Shown piece by piece: positions 12,168 through 25,323 of a stretch of DNA of 64,000 nucleotides. Source of the stretch: Antedon mediterranea. Taxonomy: Eukaryota; Animalia; Echinodermata. The translations under genes and the position numbers were made by a program. Within the stretch, counting starts at the first letter, position 1. Each line of letters begins with the position of its first letter. The stretch is from assembly GCF_964355755.1 (NCBI RefSeq), contig NC_092672.1:31068437-31132436 (forward strand), in the 5' to 3' direction. Below the pieces are notes generated by a model. The model ran no database searches, was not told the origin of the DNA, and saw only the letters and a program-made list of their open reading frames with translations.

Positions 12168-12254
12168 CTCTTTTAGTAAATACAGAGGTGAGTATGGTGT
12201 TTCGGTAGGCATTCGCAAGATTATTGACATTTGCAAATAAATTTGGTGCGCCAT
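12168..12254 (-). CDS. Type A copy A3, putative first coding exon
   Basis: Same 87-nt ATG-to-donor exon as in A2. Confidence 0.45.
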
Positions 12255-13944
12255 GAGAGAGCCTGTACACTACTTTTCAACTCCGTCGCACCCTTCTGGA
12301 GAAGAGGCTATATTAATTAATATGCATAAATTACTAATTTTATACATACAAATATATAAGAAGAAAACTGTATAAGAAATGTGATCCACTATACCGACTG
12401 AAAAAGTTAAATTCATTTTTCATTTTATTTCTACATTCGCTAGAAATGAGTTACCAGGGATCATCTCAATATAGATGGTTATTGGCCTATCCACTGTGCT
12501 GCAGATAATATCTGGAGTTTCCTCTGGTGGTAAGATGATCCCTGGATTCGTCACTTTGCACCGTTTGCGGGTTGTGCTATTAATAGTTTATCTTTTTGGT
12601 GGGTAGTAAGCTCCACCTAGCTATCGAGTCGAAAAAATCCTGCATACATTGCATGAATGAACCGTGTTCCTTACAACATTATTCTCATTTATAGGTCCAT
12701 GCTCACACTATGATTTTAACAAGTAGTTTTAGTGTCTACCAAAATTATCAATAAACTGTTATATGATGTGCTCATTATATAAAATAATTGTTTTTTAATT
12801 ATCGTATTCGATTATGTAAATTTGTAGTTGAAATGTTATTTTTTTTTTAAATTAATATAAAACTATTCATTGATTTTTCAGATATCTGTTCATTATTTTA
12901 TCTTTTAGTAAGATCATGGAGGAATGAATTAATTCCTCTGAGTAGGTGTACTGCAGAAGTTGGTCGAAAATAGTTCATCTTTTTGGTGGGTAGTAAGCTC
13001 CACCTAGCTATCGAGTCGAAAAAATCCTGCATACATTGCATGAATGAACCGTGTTCCTTACAACATTATTCTCATTTATAGGTCCATGTTCACACTATGA
13101 TTTTAACAAGTAGTTTTAGTGTCTACCAAAATTATCAATAAACTGTTATATGATGTGCTCATTATATAAAATAATTGTTTTTTTTTATTTTTCAGATATC
13201 TGTTCATTATTTTATCTTTTAGTAAGATCATGGAGGAATGAATTAATTCCTCTGAGTAGGTGTACTGCAGAAGTTGGTCGAAAAGAGCCGTCGCTGCCTT
13301 GCCATTCCTCTAAGAATATGGTTTGTGGCATAATATATCCTGGATTTATGAAGCGCCTAATGTTGTGAAACATCAGCTAATTTTGCTGTGTGTGTATGAA
13401 CATTATCAAGAACCGGCATCCGTAGCCTAGTATGTTACTGTAGAGAAACAATAAATCGAGATCAATTCCTGCTCCCTAGTGTATCTTGAAAATTCCTAGA
13501 TTATCTGCTGTAGGCCTCAATTAATTCCTTTCAATTTGGCTGCTAAAAGTCACAATGATTTCGTAGTATTTTTCGTATGTGCAAACCCACCAACTATATG
13601 CTTCCAATAAAGTACGAAATGGACTGTGATCATATTCTAGGTGTGATAACTGTTTAAACAAACATTAATTTAAATATCTAAGTATCGAATATAGTGTGTG
13701 ATAACACAGTCTTATCTTTCAAAATTACAATAGGCAAATTCCTAATTCCAAATTTCACAACAAAAAACAAACAAACAAAATACTAAATTATGAGTTATTT
13801 ATTACAAGTTGTTTTGTAAATATCAAAATTTACTCAAATTGCATCTGCAAAGAGTTTAAAAAAACTTATATATATGTATAATCAGTAAAATTATATTAAT
13901 AATTGTTCTGCCATAAATTCAATAAACAATTGGTAGTACCATGA

Positions 13945-14538
13945 TTATTGTGTATTCGTTTCTTGTATGCCAAATTTAAGAAAATCGGTAAACATGACAG
14001 GGCCGTTTTCACCCACCTCCTGAATTGGAATACAATAATTGAGGGTATTATCTCCAAAAACCTCTTGTGAAGCAACACCAATGACTCCACTAGTGCGTCC
14101 TACTTCTCGTGATGCTGTAGCGCCAGCGACTCCGGTGTTTTCCACTTTCTGTGATGCTGCAGCGCCAGCGACTCCGACGTGTTCCTCTTTTTGTGATGCA
14201 GCAGCGCTAGCGACTCCGGTGCTTTCCACTTCTTGTGATGCTGCAGAAGCGTCAGCGACTTCGGTATTTTCCCCTTCTTGTGATGCTGCAGCGCCAGCAA
14301 CTCCAGTGAGTTCCTTTTTTTGTGATGCCGAAGCGCCAGCAACTCCAGTGTGGTCCTCGTTTAGTGATGCTGCAGCGTCTTGTCCAGTAGCGCCGCCGGG
14401 GACATCTTCAGCTTTTTGTTGTAAAACAGCATCGGCGGTATCGTTGTTTGTAACTATGATGGAAACACCACCGCTTCCATTAAGGCGGATCTCAATTCTA
14501 ATATGTATGTCTTCTTCTTCTCTTCTTCTTCTTTCCAT
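13945..14538 (-). CDS. Type A family copy A4, main exon
   Basis: Intact ORF with NYCIPIQEVGE and LKFGIQETNTQ-stop; frame open upstream to ATG 14601. Confidence 0.78.
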   Translation of the reverse strand: MERRRREEEDIHIRIEIRLNGSGGVSIIVTNNDTADAVLQQKAEDVPGGATGQDAAASLNEDHTGVAGASASQKKELTGVAGAAASQEGENTEVADASAASQEVESTGVASAAASQKEEHVGVAGAAASQKVENTGVAGATASREVGRTSGVIGVASQEVFGDNTLNYCIPIQEVGENGPVMFTDFLKFGIQETNTQ

Positions 14539-15084
14539 CTGTAAAATAATATAAAATATAAAGTAAAGTATAATAATAAACAAATTCACGAGATGAGTCA
14601 TGGGTATACATTATGTACACTGTAAACTAGTGTAGTAGTAGTAATATTAGATCTTAAACATTATTTTGTATCCACTTTTAAACACATTTGTAGCTTTTAA
14701 ACACGTAGTTACATGTTTAGCGTGCTTAAAACCTAAACGTGTTTAAAGCTACATGTTGTTTTCCTCCACTTTGCAGTCAACATGTCACTATTATGTTCAG
14801 TCAACATGTTTAGGTACGTGTTTAGCGTTGGGACATACGATACGGAAAAAAGATCCATACATGGCAAATTAAACAGGTTTAATACCTAAACGTGTCTTTA
14901 TATTGCTACACATGTTTAACATGCAATCAACACAGACGTCACTGATGTGTTGTGTTGGATACAGACTACATGTTCATATCTAAACATGTTTTTAAGCTAA
15001 ATGTGTAGAAAAGATGAGTATACAAAATACATGTTTAAGATCTAAACTCTGCTTTTACAGTGTATGACTTATGACTTCAATTAC

Positions 15085-15171
15085 CTCTTTTAGTAAATAC
15101 AGAGGTGAGTATGGTGTTTCGGTAGGCATTCGCAAGATTATTGACATTTGCAAATAATTTTGGTGCGCCAT
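15085..15171 (-). CDS. Type A copy A4, putative first coding exon
   Basis: MAHQNYLQMSIILRMPTETPYSPLYLLKE then gtaatt donor. Confidence 0.55.
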
Positions 15172-15946
15172 GAGAGAGCCTGTACACTACTTTTCAACTC
15201 CGCCGCACCCTTCTGGAGAAGAGGCTATATTAATTAATATGCATAAATTACTAATTTTACACATACAAATATATAAGAAGAAAACTGTATAAGAAATGTG
15301 ATCCACTACACCGACTGAAAAAGTTAAATTCATTTTTCATTTTATTTCTACATTCGCTAGAAATGAGTTACCAGGGATCATCTCAATATAGATGGTTATT
15401 GGCCTATCCACTGTGCTGCAGATAATATCTGGAGTTTCCTCTGGTGGTAAGATGATCCCTGGATTCGTCACTTTGCACCGTTTGCGGGTTGTGCTATTAA
15501 TAGTTTATCTTTTTGGTGGGTAGTAAGCTCCACCTAGCTATCGAGTCGAAAAAATCCTGCATACATTGCATGAATGAACCGTGTTCCTTACAACATTATT
15601 CTCATTTATAGGTCCATGTTCACACTATGATTTTAACAAGTAGTTTTAGTGTCTACCAAAATTATCAATAAACTATTATATGATGTGCTCATTATATAAA
15701 ATAATTGTTTTTTAATTATCGTATTCGATTATGTAAATTTGTAGTTGAAATGTTATTTTTGTTTTAATTAATATAAAACTATTCATTGATTTTTCAGATA
15801 TCTGTTCATTATTTTATCTTTTAGTAAGATCATGGAGGAATGAATTAATTCCTCTGAGTAGGTGTACTGCAGAAGTTGGTCGAAAAGAGCCGTCGCCGCC
15901 TTGCCATTCCTCTAAGAATATGGTTTGTGGCATAATATATCCTGGA

Positions 15947-16106
15947 TTTATGAAGCGCCTAATGTTGTGAAACATCAGCTAAGCGCTGTACACTTTAATA
16001 ACGTTAAATAACGATAGTGACACGCAATGCGACAAAGTTGGATTCGAACCCATGACTCGCGATCAGTAGGCCTAGTCCCGAAATCAAACACTGTGTCATT
16101 ACATGG
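15947..16106 (-). mobile_element. Degenerate tRNA-headed SINE with L2-type 3' tail; paralogous copies about 43696-43880 and 43970-44230
   Basis: Minus-strand B-box GGTTCGAATCC near 16040-16050; tail TGTACAGCGCTTAG...GGCGCTTCATAAA resembles the L2 3' stem-loop. Confidence 0.6.
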
Positions 16107-17536
16107 CATAAGTTGTATATAAGATATTGGGTGTGGGTCCTGCTAAGCGTATTTAATTTTACCCTATGCAAACACCACAAAAACATAATTTAATATGGTG
16201 AAATCTTATTATGTCTATATTAAACAAGAAATATTTCTTACAAAAAACGCTGCTCGCTTATTGAAAAATATTTTTTATTTCAAATGTTTTTAAATGTGTC
16301 ATTTTATTGTCACATAATAGATAGTTATTTTACCTGAAAAAATGTAATTTAAAGCAACAAATACTTAAATTGTCTGTCAGACACTGGTTTTTGGGTTTCT
16401 TTTCATTTTTTATATGTGAATAAATATTACTTTTTTGTTACAGAAGTGAATACTCAATTTCTGTCACTTTAGTTAATTTTATTGCTAAGGTCAAATCTGG
16501 GGGTCGCTTCATCACCCTAGATATTTCAATTGTGAAGTATCCTATTACAAACACAAACTTTAATGGACTGTTTCGATAATAATTCAATGAATATCTGACA
16601 CTGACAGTGAATATAGGGATTTGTAATTTTAGCATGGCATGTCCTAATAGACTCTTTCCCAGCCGTTTTTTGGGTCTACTGTAGCAGCTGGAATCAATAA
16701 ATCATAGTGGAGTTTCCATTTTCACAAAACTGTCTGTCCTTAGAACTATAACTGCTGCTTGCTTTAGCTTCTGATTGAGTAGTCCTAATGGGACGTAGCG
16801 GGCTAGAGCAGCAGCGTGAAAAAATATAATAACAACTATAGATTAAACAAGCCTAAATTTATCAAACGATATAATAGACATAGAATCTACCATTTCCGGA
16901 TGATAAGTCTCACTTAATGTGTGCTGTATCCTAAGTCACTGTAATGAGTGCCTAAAAATAACTCAAAACCTATGGATATATCCAAGTATTTTAGATCTGC
17001 TAAAAACTCAAATAAGCCTATCTAAGTTTTTAGATCAAAGTGTTTGGTTATATTGTATACCTAGAAAACCCATGAAAAAGTGGATCATTCCGTCCTAAAT
17101 GACGTGATGTGATTGGATCTGTTTCAACTAGTGTTAAGATATATCAGAAAAAGTCAAGCGGACATATAATTTTTGTTTACAAACCATTATTTCGCGAACG
17201 CCAAATTAAATTTCACTATCGTTTTTATTTATTTATTTATTTCCTTTATTGCATCAAGTAAGCAGTGATGAAGTTGACATAAATATAATAGTAAATATGT
17301 AAACACATAGTATAACACAGTCCAAACAAGTAATACTAAAATATATCATAGTCCACAAATCAGTCTTTCAATGGCCATCATAGTACATCCAGTAACACAA
17401 ACCAATAGAGGTTCACAATTTGCTTATCATAACTCAGCTACTGATCATTCACCAATCATTGAAAACTCCGTGGAAAGCGTTGTGTCCGGACTTTGGGGAG
17501 GGTGAACGATCTAACGCGTCGGAGCTGATGGTTGTG

Positions 17537-18610
17537 GGGTGTCACGAAACCTAAGATCACGAAAGCTCCGACCCCCTAAGACCTAAGATCACGAAAGCTA
17601 AGACCCAACACCTAAGATTACAAATACTAAGATATACTACAGCTTAAAAACAATACTTGTTTATCCATACATAATTTTAAACACAGTAGGTTTCATTTAT
17701 TACCATAATTATAATTTAATACGTCTACCGCAAAACATAGATAAACTCACATTATTTTCGCCCGTTGAGTAAATGTATATTTTTTCTTTACAACAAACAA
17801 ACTTGACGGGTTGTTTGTTGGTATATATTTACTCCATTGTGTTGGTTCAGAGGATGTTTTTCTTACGCACCTGCCTTTCTTGTATTTTGACTCCAAATTT
17901 GTTGACTAACTTTATACTGAACACCACACTTTAAAATTAGGACTTATAAGTACTTTCAGAAGGAGAAACACATAATAACAAATAAATAAATCCTTTAAAT
18001 TGATGATTTTACAGATGTGTTTCTTTGTATACTGTAATGACAATGTAACTCCTCGAGCTCCCCATGCTCAATGTTTTTGTTTCTATGGAGCGCCAAAAGA
18101 GCAACAATAATAGTACAAGTATAAAAACAGAAAGAAAACGAAACAAAAAAAACTTATCATGATTTTTAAATTAAAATTTATTTGCCAGTATTTATTTCTT
18201 CGTACTTGCATGATTATACTATTATCATTACAATTTTAATTTTACATTGTTCCATCCACACTGTAGATGGACTCCACAGAGTTTTCAGCCCTCTATATAA
18301 TTTTTGCTCTTTTGACGTTACATAGAAACAAAAACATTGAACATGGCCCATGGGGTAGGCCTACTGTACTGTAGGCTAGTCATTTTGTGTGCGAGAAAAA
18401 CGTCTGTAAAATCATCAATTTAAAAATGTATTATTCTTTTTCATGAAAGTGCCAATTCTAAGGTGTGGTATTCAGAATAAATGTTGGGAGTTAAAATACA
18501 AGGCAGGTGCGAAAGATAAATATTTGTAATCTTAGGTGTTGGGTCTTAGCTTTCGTGATCTTAGGTCTTAGGGGGTCTTCGCTTTCGTGGTCTTAGGTTT
18601 CGTGACACCC
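17537..18610. mobile_element. Foldback MITE, Mutator-like
   Basis: About 90-bp TIRs starting GGGTGTCACGAAACCTAAGA, internal inverted similarity, 10-bp TSD GATGGTTGTG on both sides. Confidence 0.88.
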
Positions 18611-18967
18611 GATGGTTGTGTGTGGGAGGTTTAGGTAAGAGAGAGTGTAATATGATCTTCTTTTTTCATTTTATCAAAGAATTTTCTTGACAACTTCTCG
18701 CGGCGTTCAGATAGAGTGATGATGTTAAGGTATCTGCAGGTATCAGCATACGAGGTACCATCGGGGCATATTATGTTACACGCTATTCTTTGGACATGTT
18801 CGATTTGGTCAGATTGTGCTTTGGATAAACTCGGGGACCAAACAGCACAGGCATATTCGAGAACTGGTCGTCACTGCTTGATAGTATCGGAGCAGTTCCA
18901 GTCTATCTAAGCCAGACCTCTTGAGTTGCTTGAGAAAAAACAACCTTGGTACAACGCGCTTAGTTAA

Positions 18968-20114
18968 AGCCTGTTTTCCTGTCGACGTTAAGTTACGTTG
19001 AGTTGCGTTGAGTTGACATATTCAACAATTTAACAGGAAAAGGGGGTAAAAATTAACGTTGAAAATCGTTAAAATCTTAAATCGTTAAAGTTGAACTCGG
19101 TTCAACTTTAAAAGCCTGTTTTCCTGTCGACGTTAAGTTACGTTGAGTTGCGTTGAATTGCGTTGAGTTGACATATTCAACGATTTAACAGGAAAAGGGG
19201 GTAAAAATTAACGTTGAAAATCGTTAAAATCTTAAATCGTTAAAGTTGAACTCGGTTCAACTTTAACGATTACGATCGTTACGATCGTTAAAACTGACCA
19301 ATCAAATGGTCCACAAATTACGTCATTGCAGTTTGTGAAAAAATAGGTACGCGCTGACAATTCTTCAATGTTTACAACGCGACGATGTTTTTCACCTTTT
19401 TTACCTTGATTTACCTTGACCTTTAGACTATAAACCTGTTAAGGTTTGTGAGTCCCTCTTTGAACATCTTGGTTATATGGCTCAAACTTTAGGTTGTGGG
19501 TTTTCCAGTGTGTTTCAAGATGGGTTTTAAAATTATTTATAGAGGATGCATTTACTAATATGATATGGCAAACTATTCCAATCATTTACTGCAGATATTG
19601 AAAAGAATTTCTGTCTGTGTTTCGATTTACTATGAACTTTTTTAATTTTAAAATTGTGGCCTCTAGTTACAGTAGATGGTGCTAATTCAAAAAAGACACC
19701 CGGATTAACATTATCATTATTTTTGTACACTTTTAAGGTCTGATATTTAAAAAAAAACAAGTGTAAGTTAAATTAAATTATAATATTAAACCAATTAAAT
19801 TTAATGTTTGTCTTTAGTGTAAGCCTAGATTAAGATATCAACGAAAGCATGTCCTAGGCTGGGTTTAAGAATCAAAACCCGTAACTTTTTCAATTTTCAC
19901 GCGGTCCTGGCTGCGCGTGGCTAGTTTTGCAACACTTCACGTCCGCGTGTCCCAGCAACGCTCGAGAGAACCAAGAAACTATGAACGATCGCGTAAAAAT
20001 TTGTAAAAATTAGCGGTCCGACTCGATCATCGTCATCGCTATTTTATTTTCAACTTTAACGATTTTAAACTCAACGCAACTCAACGTATTTCAACGTCGA
20101 CAGGAAAACAGGCT
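18968..20114. mobile_element. PIF/Harbinger-like MITE with duplicated left end and nested CR1 fragment (about 19400-19745, minus)
   Basis: TAA|AGCCTGTTTTCCTGTCGACGTT ... AACGTCGACAGGAAAACAGGCT|TAA; left end repeated at about 19112; nested TRGHNFKI...RQKFFS...VNDWNSLP. Confidence 0.85.
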
Positions 20115-22024
20115 TAAACAGTCAACATGTGTCTGCCACGACAATTTACGGTCAAGATTGACACCTAGTAACTTTGCATGCTCAACACACTTGACTTCGG
20201 ATCCATTCACAGTGATTAAATATACTGTTCATACTATCTTGAATTTTGCACTCGGAGTTCTTATTATATCTTTGGTAAAAGGTGGTATCGTCCATATTTC
20301 TTCATAAGCGGCAGATCGACCTGGAGGTCATCAATATGAAGGCAACAAACAGGATTGGACCAAGCCATGATCCTTGTGTTGTGGGATTATCGTGAGTTTT
20401 TATGTAGTAAAAACATTTTATACAAAACTAAACGATTAAAAAAAGTGTATGTTCAATTAAAAAATAAATATTTTATTGTTTCTTTACTATAAATTAATAA
20501 ATAAACGACGATATTGTCCATTTTACTGAAATACTCTCCCGCACATAAACCAGGAAGTTGAGATAAACTGTGTAATGAAATACAGTAGTAAATAATCGTA
20601 AGTAGAAAATATCATTGTATTCTTTACTTTTTTTGTGGATATAATTCATTTTTTTAGAAAAAGAACGAACTAGAATATAGTCCATCATTATTATATAAAC
20701 AAAATAATACTAGTTTTGTTAATATAGCCTGGTTCAGTTTTTAGTAAAACTCGCATATTTTGCAACCCTTTTATACATTGTTATTGTTATCGGCGAGAAA
20801 ACGGTTTGGCGATAGGCTTAGAAAGTGCGTTGACGCCCGCGATGACCGTGACGGTAATGTGGGCCTAGAATGAAGCTAGGCCGAAACATAGAAAATTCGT
20901 AATAGTTAAACCTTTAATTACCCTAATCCTAAATGTAATCATTATAACTGTTACCAAATAATTAATGGCATGTGTTTATAATAATAATTATTGCTTTCCT
21001 GGTGCATTTTTAGGCTAGCTGGTGTGACTGAGTGACAGTCACAGCTAGGCTAGGCCTTAATATTAATACATTTGTACAGTATAATAATGGTTTAATATTT
21101 TGGCTATTAGCTCTCTTGTTTGGATTTGTTTGGACACAAAACTGAAGTACTGTAGATTTAAAAATTGATTTATTTTTAAAGGAAAGTACTGTTGCTATTG
21201 TTTTTGTAATCAAGATGACATTAGAACCAACAATGTTCCTCAAGCCTGTAGATATCTCAAGGCCTACAAGTCTTTGTAGACCATGGCAGTGATAAAAAAG
21301 AAGCAAAACAATATCGCACAGCGTTGTTAGGCCATACCTGGTAGAAGTTGAATTAAACAGGGTAGGTAAATAATCATAACCACCTCTTTAGAAAGTTTAA
21401 TACACACTCCAAACAATGAAATGTGTGTTTGTACTTCATAATTATTAAAGAACAATGTTAGTATAAAATAACTGTCGAAACAAACAATTGTTACAGTAAT
21501 TTATAAATATAGGCCTACCTCTTTTCTTTATTAAATATTTCCTCAATCAACTATTTTTCCAGGTGTCAATATGTTATAATATTCAACATGCGACAGGATG
21601 CTGACATCTTGACTGGTAAATTCAAATGTTGTTTCAACTTTACATTGACATTACATAATAACTCAATTGGTCAAGTTGCTTTTTAAACAGTCTTATTATT
21701 ACCTTTAAATTCAAACTTCCTAAGTTCACCTTTCTGACCAATTCTAAAGTCAAAGAAAATCACTTCTTACATCACAAACTTTACTCTTCCTTTAATGATA
21801 CAAGTTAAATTGCATCGGTAAGATGCATTAAAAGAATTGTTGATAGTGTTTAGACATTTACAAATATACAGTACCTCTTTACTATCTTGGAAAGCTCACA
21901 ACAGGTGAATCTTAATTGGTCTGGTAAAGATATAACCTATAGCCTAATTTATAAATTACTGTAACAATTGTTTGTTTCGACAGTTATTTTATACTAACAT
22001 TGTTCTTTAATAATTATGAAGTAC

Positions 22025-23760
22025 AACCCACTTCCAATACTCCATTCCATTAATACTTCATTTGAAAATAAAGAATTCTTATTAAGTACATTTATTGATT
22101 TATCTAAGGCGTTTGATGTTATAAGTCATAAAATATTACTTTCTAAACTTTTTCGTTATGGTATTAGAGGTATATCTCATGACTGGTTCACAAGTTACCT
22201 CAGCGGATAGAAACAATATGTTCAGATTGGTACATTTAAATCATCGACGATGGAGATAAAACAAACATAACCACAGTGTGGAGTACTACAGGGATCTGTT
22301 CTTGGTCCGTTACTGTTCTTGATATACGTTAATGATTTACCTCGCGTTAGTGATACTCTTCATGTTGTTTCCTTCGCCGATGATACTATATTATTTTTTT
22401 TATTTATTCGGTATATAAAAATATATTACAAAACGACAGTCAAGGACTGAAATGAAATGTATTACAAATGACTAAAAATTAGTTAAAATTGCTATAAAAA
22501 TAGAAACATCTTAATAAAATTAGATATCGTACCATACAATTAAAAACATACATGAATAAAAAACCTTAAAACATTCACTTATTACATATCTAAAAAAGAG
22601 CTAGTGGTGCCTATTAATTATATCCACCATGGTGGGAACTGGAGACGACCTAAGTCTGTTGGTTTTACAATGAGGTACTTCTAGAAAGCGGTTGACTCTG
22701 AGAGACCGAGCTGGCTTATGAAGAGGGGGAAGTATTTCTCTAAACAGCTCGGATTTTAATAAGCCTTCCCCGAAAGACAACACAAGTTTGTTTCTTCTCT
22801 CTACAAGGTAAACCAGTAACAGACAATGCATGATCATAGCACAAATAGTTGTTACCTAGCATGATACGCAATGCTCTCTTTTGTACAAATAATAATATTG
22901 TTAATTTGTATAAAAACTTTAATAGCGAATTAACATAGATTTGTGCTTGGTTCACTGCAAATAAGCTTTTGATAAATACTACTAAAACCAATTATATTTT
23001 ATTTAATTCACACCGTATAAAGTCTAAACTTAAACTAAAAAATCTAAATAATTATCTTAATGGCAATATCATCGAACGCAAAATTGAGACTGCTTTTCTT
23101 GGTGCAATTATCCACGAAAATCTAAATTGGTCTAGCCATCAAAAGTATATTTGCAATAAAATATCTAAATACATGGGATTATAAACAAACTGAAGCACTT
23201 TTTTCCTCAACATATTTTGCTTAATTTATATAATTCTTTTATTCTTCCTCATTTGCAATATTGTAACATTATCTGGGCAGCCGACTTTACCATTAATATC
23301 ATGAAAATCTTTAAATTACAGTAAAAGTAGAAGTACCATTTACGAGGCTAAAAAAGACTCAAGTTTTTGTTACAGTATATGGTCCTAAGTTATGGAATGA
23401 ACTGTCTATAGAAACGACTTGCTGTAAAAACCTTAAAATATTTAAAAAACTATAAAAAAAAAACGTTTGTTTCCAAATATAAATAATGTGCCGTAGGCCT
23501 AATTAGATTTGTTATTTGTTAAATGAAAAAAATAAACCATTTATAAATTTTTTTTTAGGATTATAATTTATAGATCTACTATCATTAGCTAATAATTTGT
23601 CATGCAGTTGCTCTTTTGTTGTTTTTGTTTTGGGGTTGGTATTTGACAAGTTCTTTTACTTTTTTTCTGATCCCAGAAACAGTTCTTATTTAATGTTACC
23701 ATTTTAAGTTATTGTAATTAATGTATGCTGTTTTATTTCATGAACTGTTTCTAAATAAAT
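22025..23760 (+). mobile_element. Decayed L2/CR1-type LINE reverse transcriptase with nested minus-strand LINE fragment (about 22395-22880)
   Basis: [29 protein letters not shown] and FADD motifs with stops and frameshifts; the nested piece is absent from the duplicate at 33.7-36.3 kb. Confidence 0.9.
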
Positions 23761-25323
23761 GTTGTTGATTGACACAGTGGTAGGAATTGTACTAAAAGTG
23801 TTGTTTTATGTAGGCCTACTCAAAACGGCGTGAAATCAATACAGATAATTATGATGCACAAATCAGGCCCGTAGGCAGGATTGCTATGGAGTAGTTCGAA
23901 TTAAAGTACCACGATTGTATTAAAAAATCCAAAGATTTACCTGAAGATTAACCGAATGTACAAACAATAATTTATTTAATTCTGAATGTAGTCCACAGTG
24001 TTAAATTGTCTTTGATGTTATCATTGAATTATTGCTTTAAACATTAACAAGTATTTTTCTTTTTAATTAAAATGACTGCATTCCGTAGTGCATACATTAA
24101 ATAGTCTTAAAAAATAGGGTGGGTATTGTTTAAATGTATTTGTTATTTAACATTGGGTACAATACTTGGATAATGTTTAGTGGTTAAATGCACATGTAAT
24201 GATAGGCTATTAGGAAGGGGTGTTGTTAACATTGGAACATCATTGAGATTAAACGTTTTCCGGGAAAAATATGTACAGAAGAAAACAGATTATAAGTGAT
24301 CTTTTAAGATCCATAATAATAATAATAAATGCCATGGAAGTGAGAATAAGCAAAGCCCAAACAGATCTCACTCTATATTACAGTAAACAATTTATCAGTT
24401 TAAATGAATAATTATACATATCAAACTAAAATAATAATGGCTTTAATAGAATTATTTTATATCGTCAAACACAGTGTTTGGTCAGAGAAGCTGTAATATT
24501 GAAATTGTTGTGAAAAAAAGTGAATTCACTTGATATTTGTTCCCATAGTCATGGAATTATAGAATTAATAACAAAAGTAAAAGCATCTGCCATTAATTGT
24601 AATCATTAGTACTGTACTTAAACTATACAGTACTTACAATCTATTAGTCTGGGTTCCAGACGGAGTCTTGTCTTAATTTAGTAAAAAGATAAATATTTTT
24701 GCACATATGGCGTTTCATACGTATACTACTTGGTTTGGATATTTTCAGACAAAAATCGAAATAAAAAGAAATAAAATAAATAAATAGACAATGAATACAG
24801 ACTTGGGGCAAGTCTAGCAATCTATCTGCAATACTTGGATATGTTCTGCGGGTACTCACTGGTGATCAACAATGAGTGTGTTCAACCGCAAAATTACTCT
24901 CATAAAACTATAGTATACAGGAACATATCGTGAATTTGAAGTAGTAGGACTGTTTGCCCAAATTACCCGTCCCGTTTGAAATCTGTACAATTTATACTTA
25001 AACTGAAAATGTGTCAACAACTTTTGTAATAAAATCTCAGAGTACATTGATTCTAATGAGTACCATACGATACAATAATTACTATTACATGATCATCAGT
25101 AATTATTAATCTTCAGAAAAGCATGGTCTACTGGTCTATGGTCTACTTGTGTCCCAAACAGAAGACCATTCAGGTTCGAATCACGCATCATCCTCTCGCA
25201 AAGATGCTCGTTGCTCCAAATTAAAATGTACAAATAAAGTTCTTATACATTCGCTAAATGATGATACGATTGAATTGTTCCATTCCATGAAATACACAAT
25301 AAACAATTGATAGTATCAATTGT

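Larger units (their letters stand above)
5842..15982. repeat. Tandem array of four near-identical gene-containing units (spacings about 2515, 2601, 2917 bp)
   Basis: TGTATAATCAGTAAAATTATATTAATAATTGTTCTGCC restarts near 5842, 8357, 10958 and 13875; unit homology ends at CATCAGCTAA. Confidence 0.97.
17380..20260 (-). mobile_element. Degenerate CR1/L2-superfamily LINE 3' region split by two DNA-element insertions
   Basis: Minus-strand translation near 18650-18940 gives FFLKQLKRSG and RPVLEYACAVWSP, typical of the post-RT region; contains stops. Confidence 0.8.

Noticed and set aside
6010-14554. Plus-strand 142-171 aa ORFs overlapping the type A genes, and similar ones over A5, B1 and B2
   Set aside because: Antisense shadows of the repeat-rich coding strand; most start at TTG, and the silent-site pattern supports the minus frame
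22016-23184. Active reverse transcriptase gene
   Set aside because: Stops, frameshifts, 5' truncation and nested insertions in both copies
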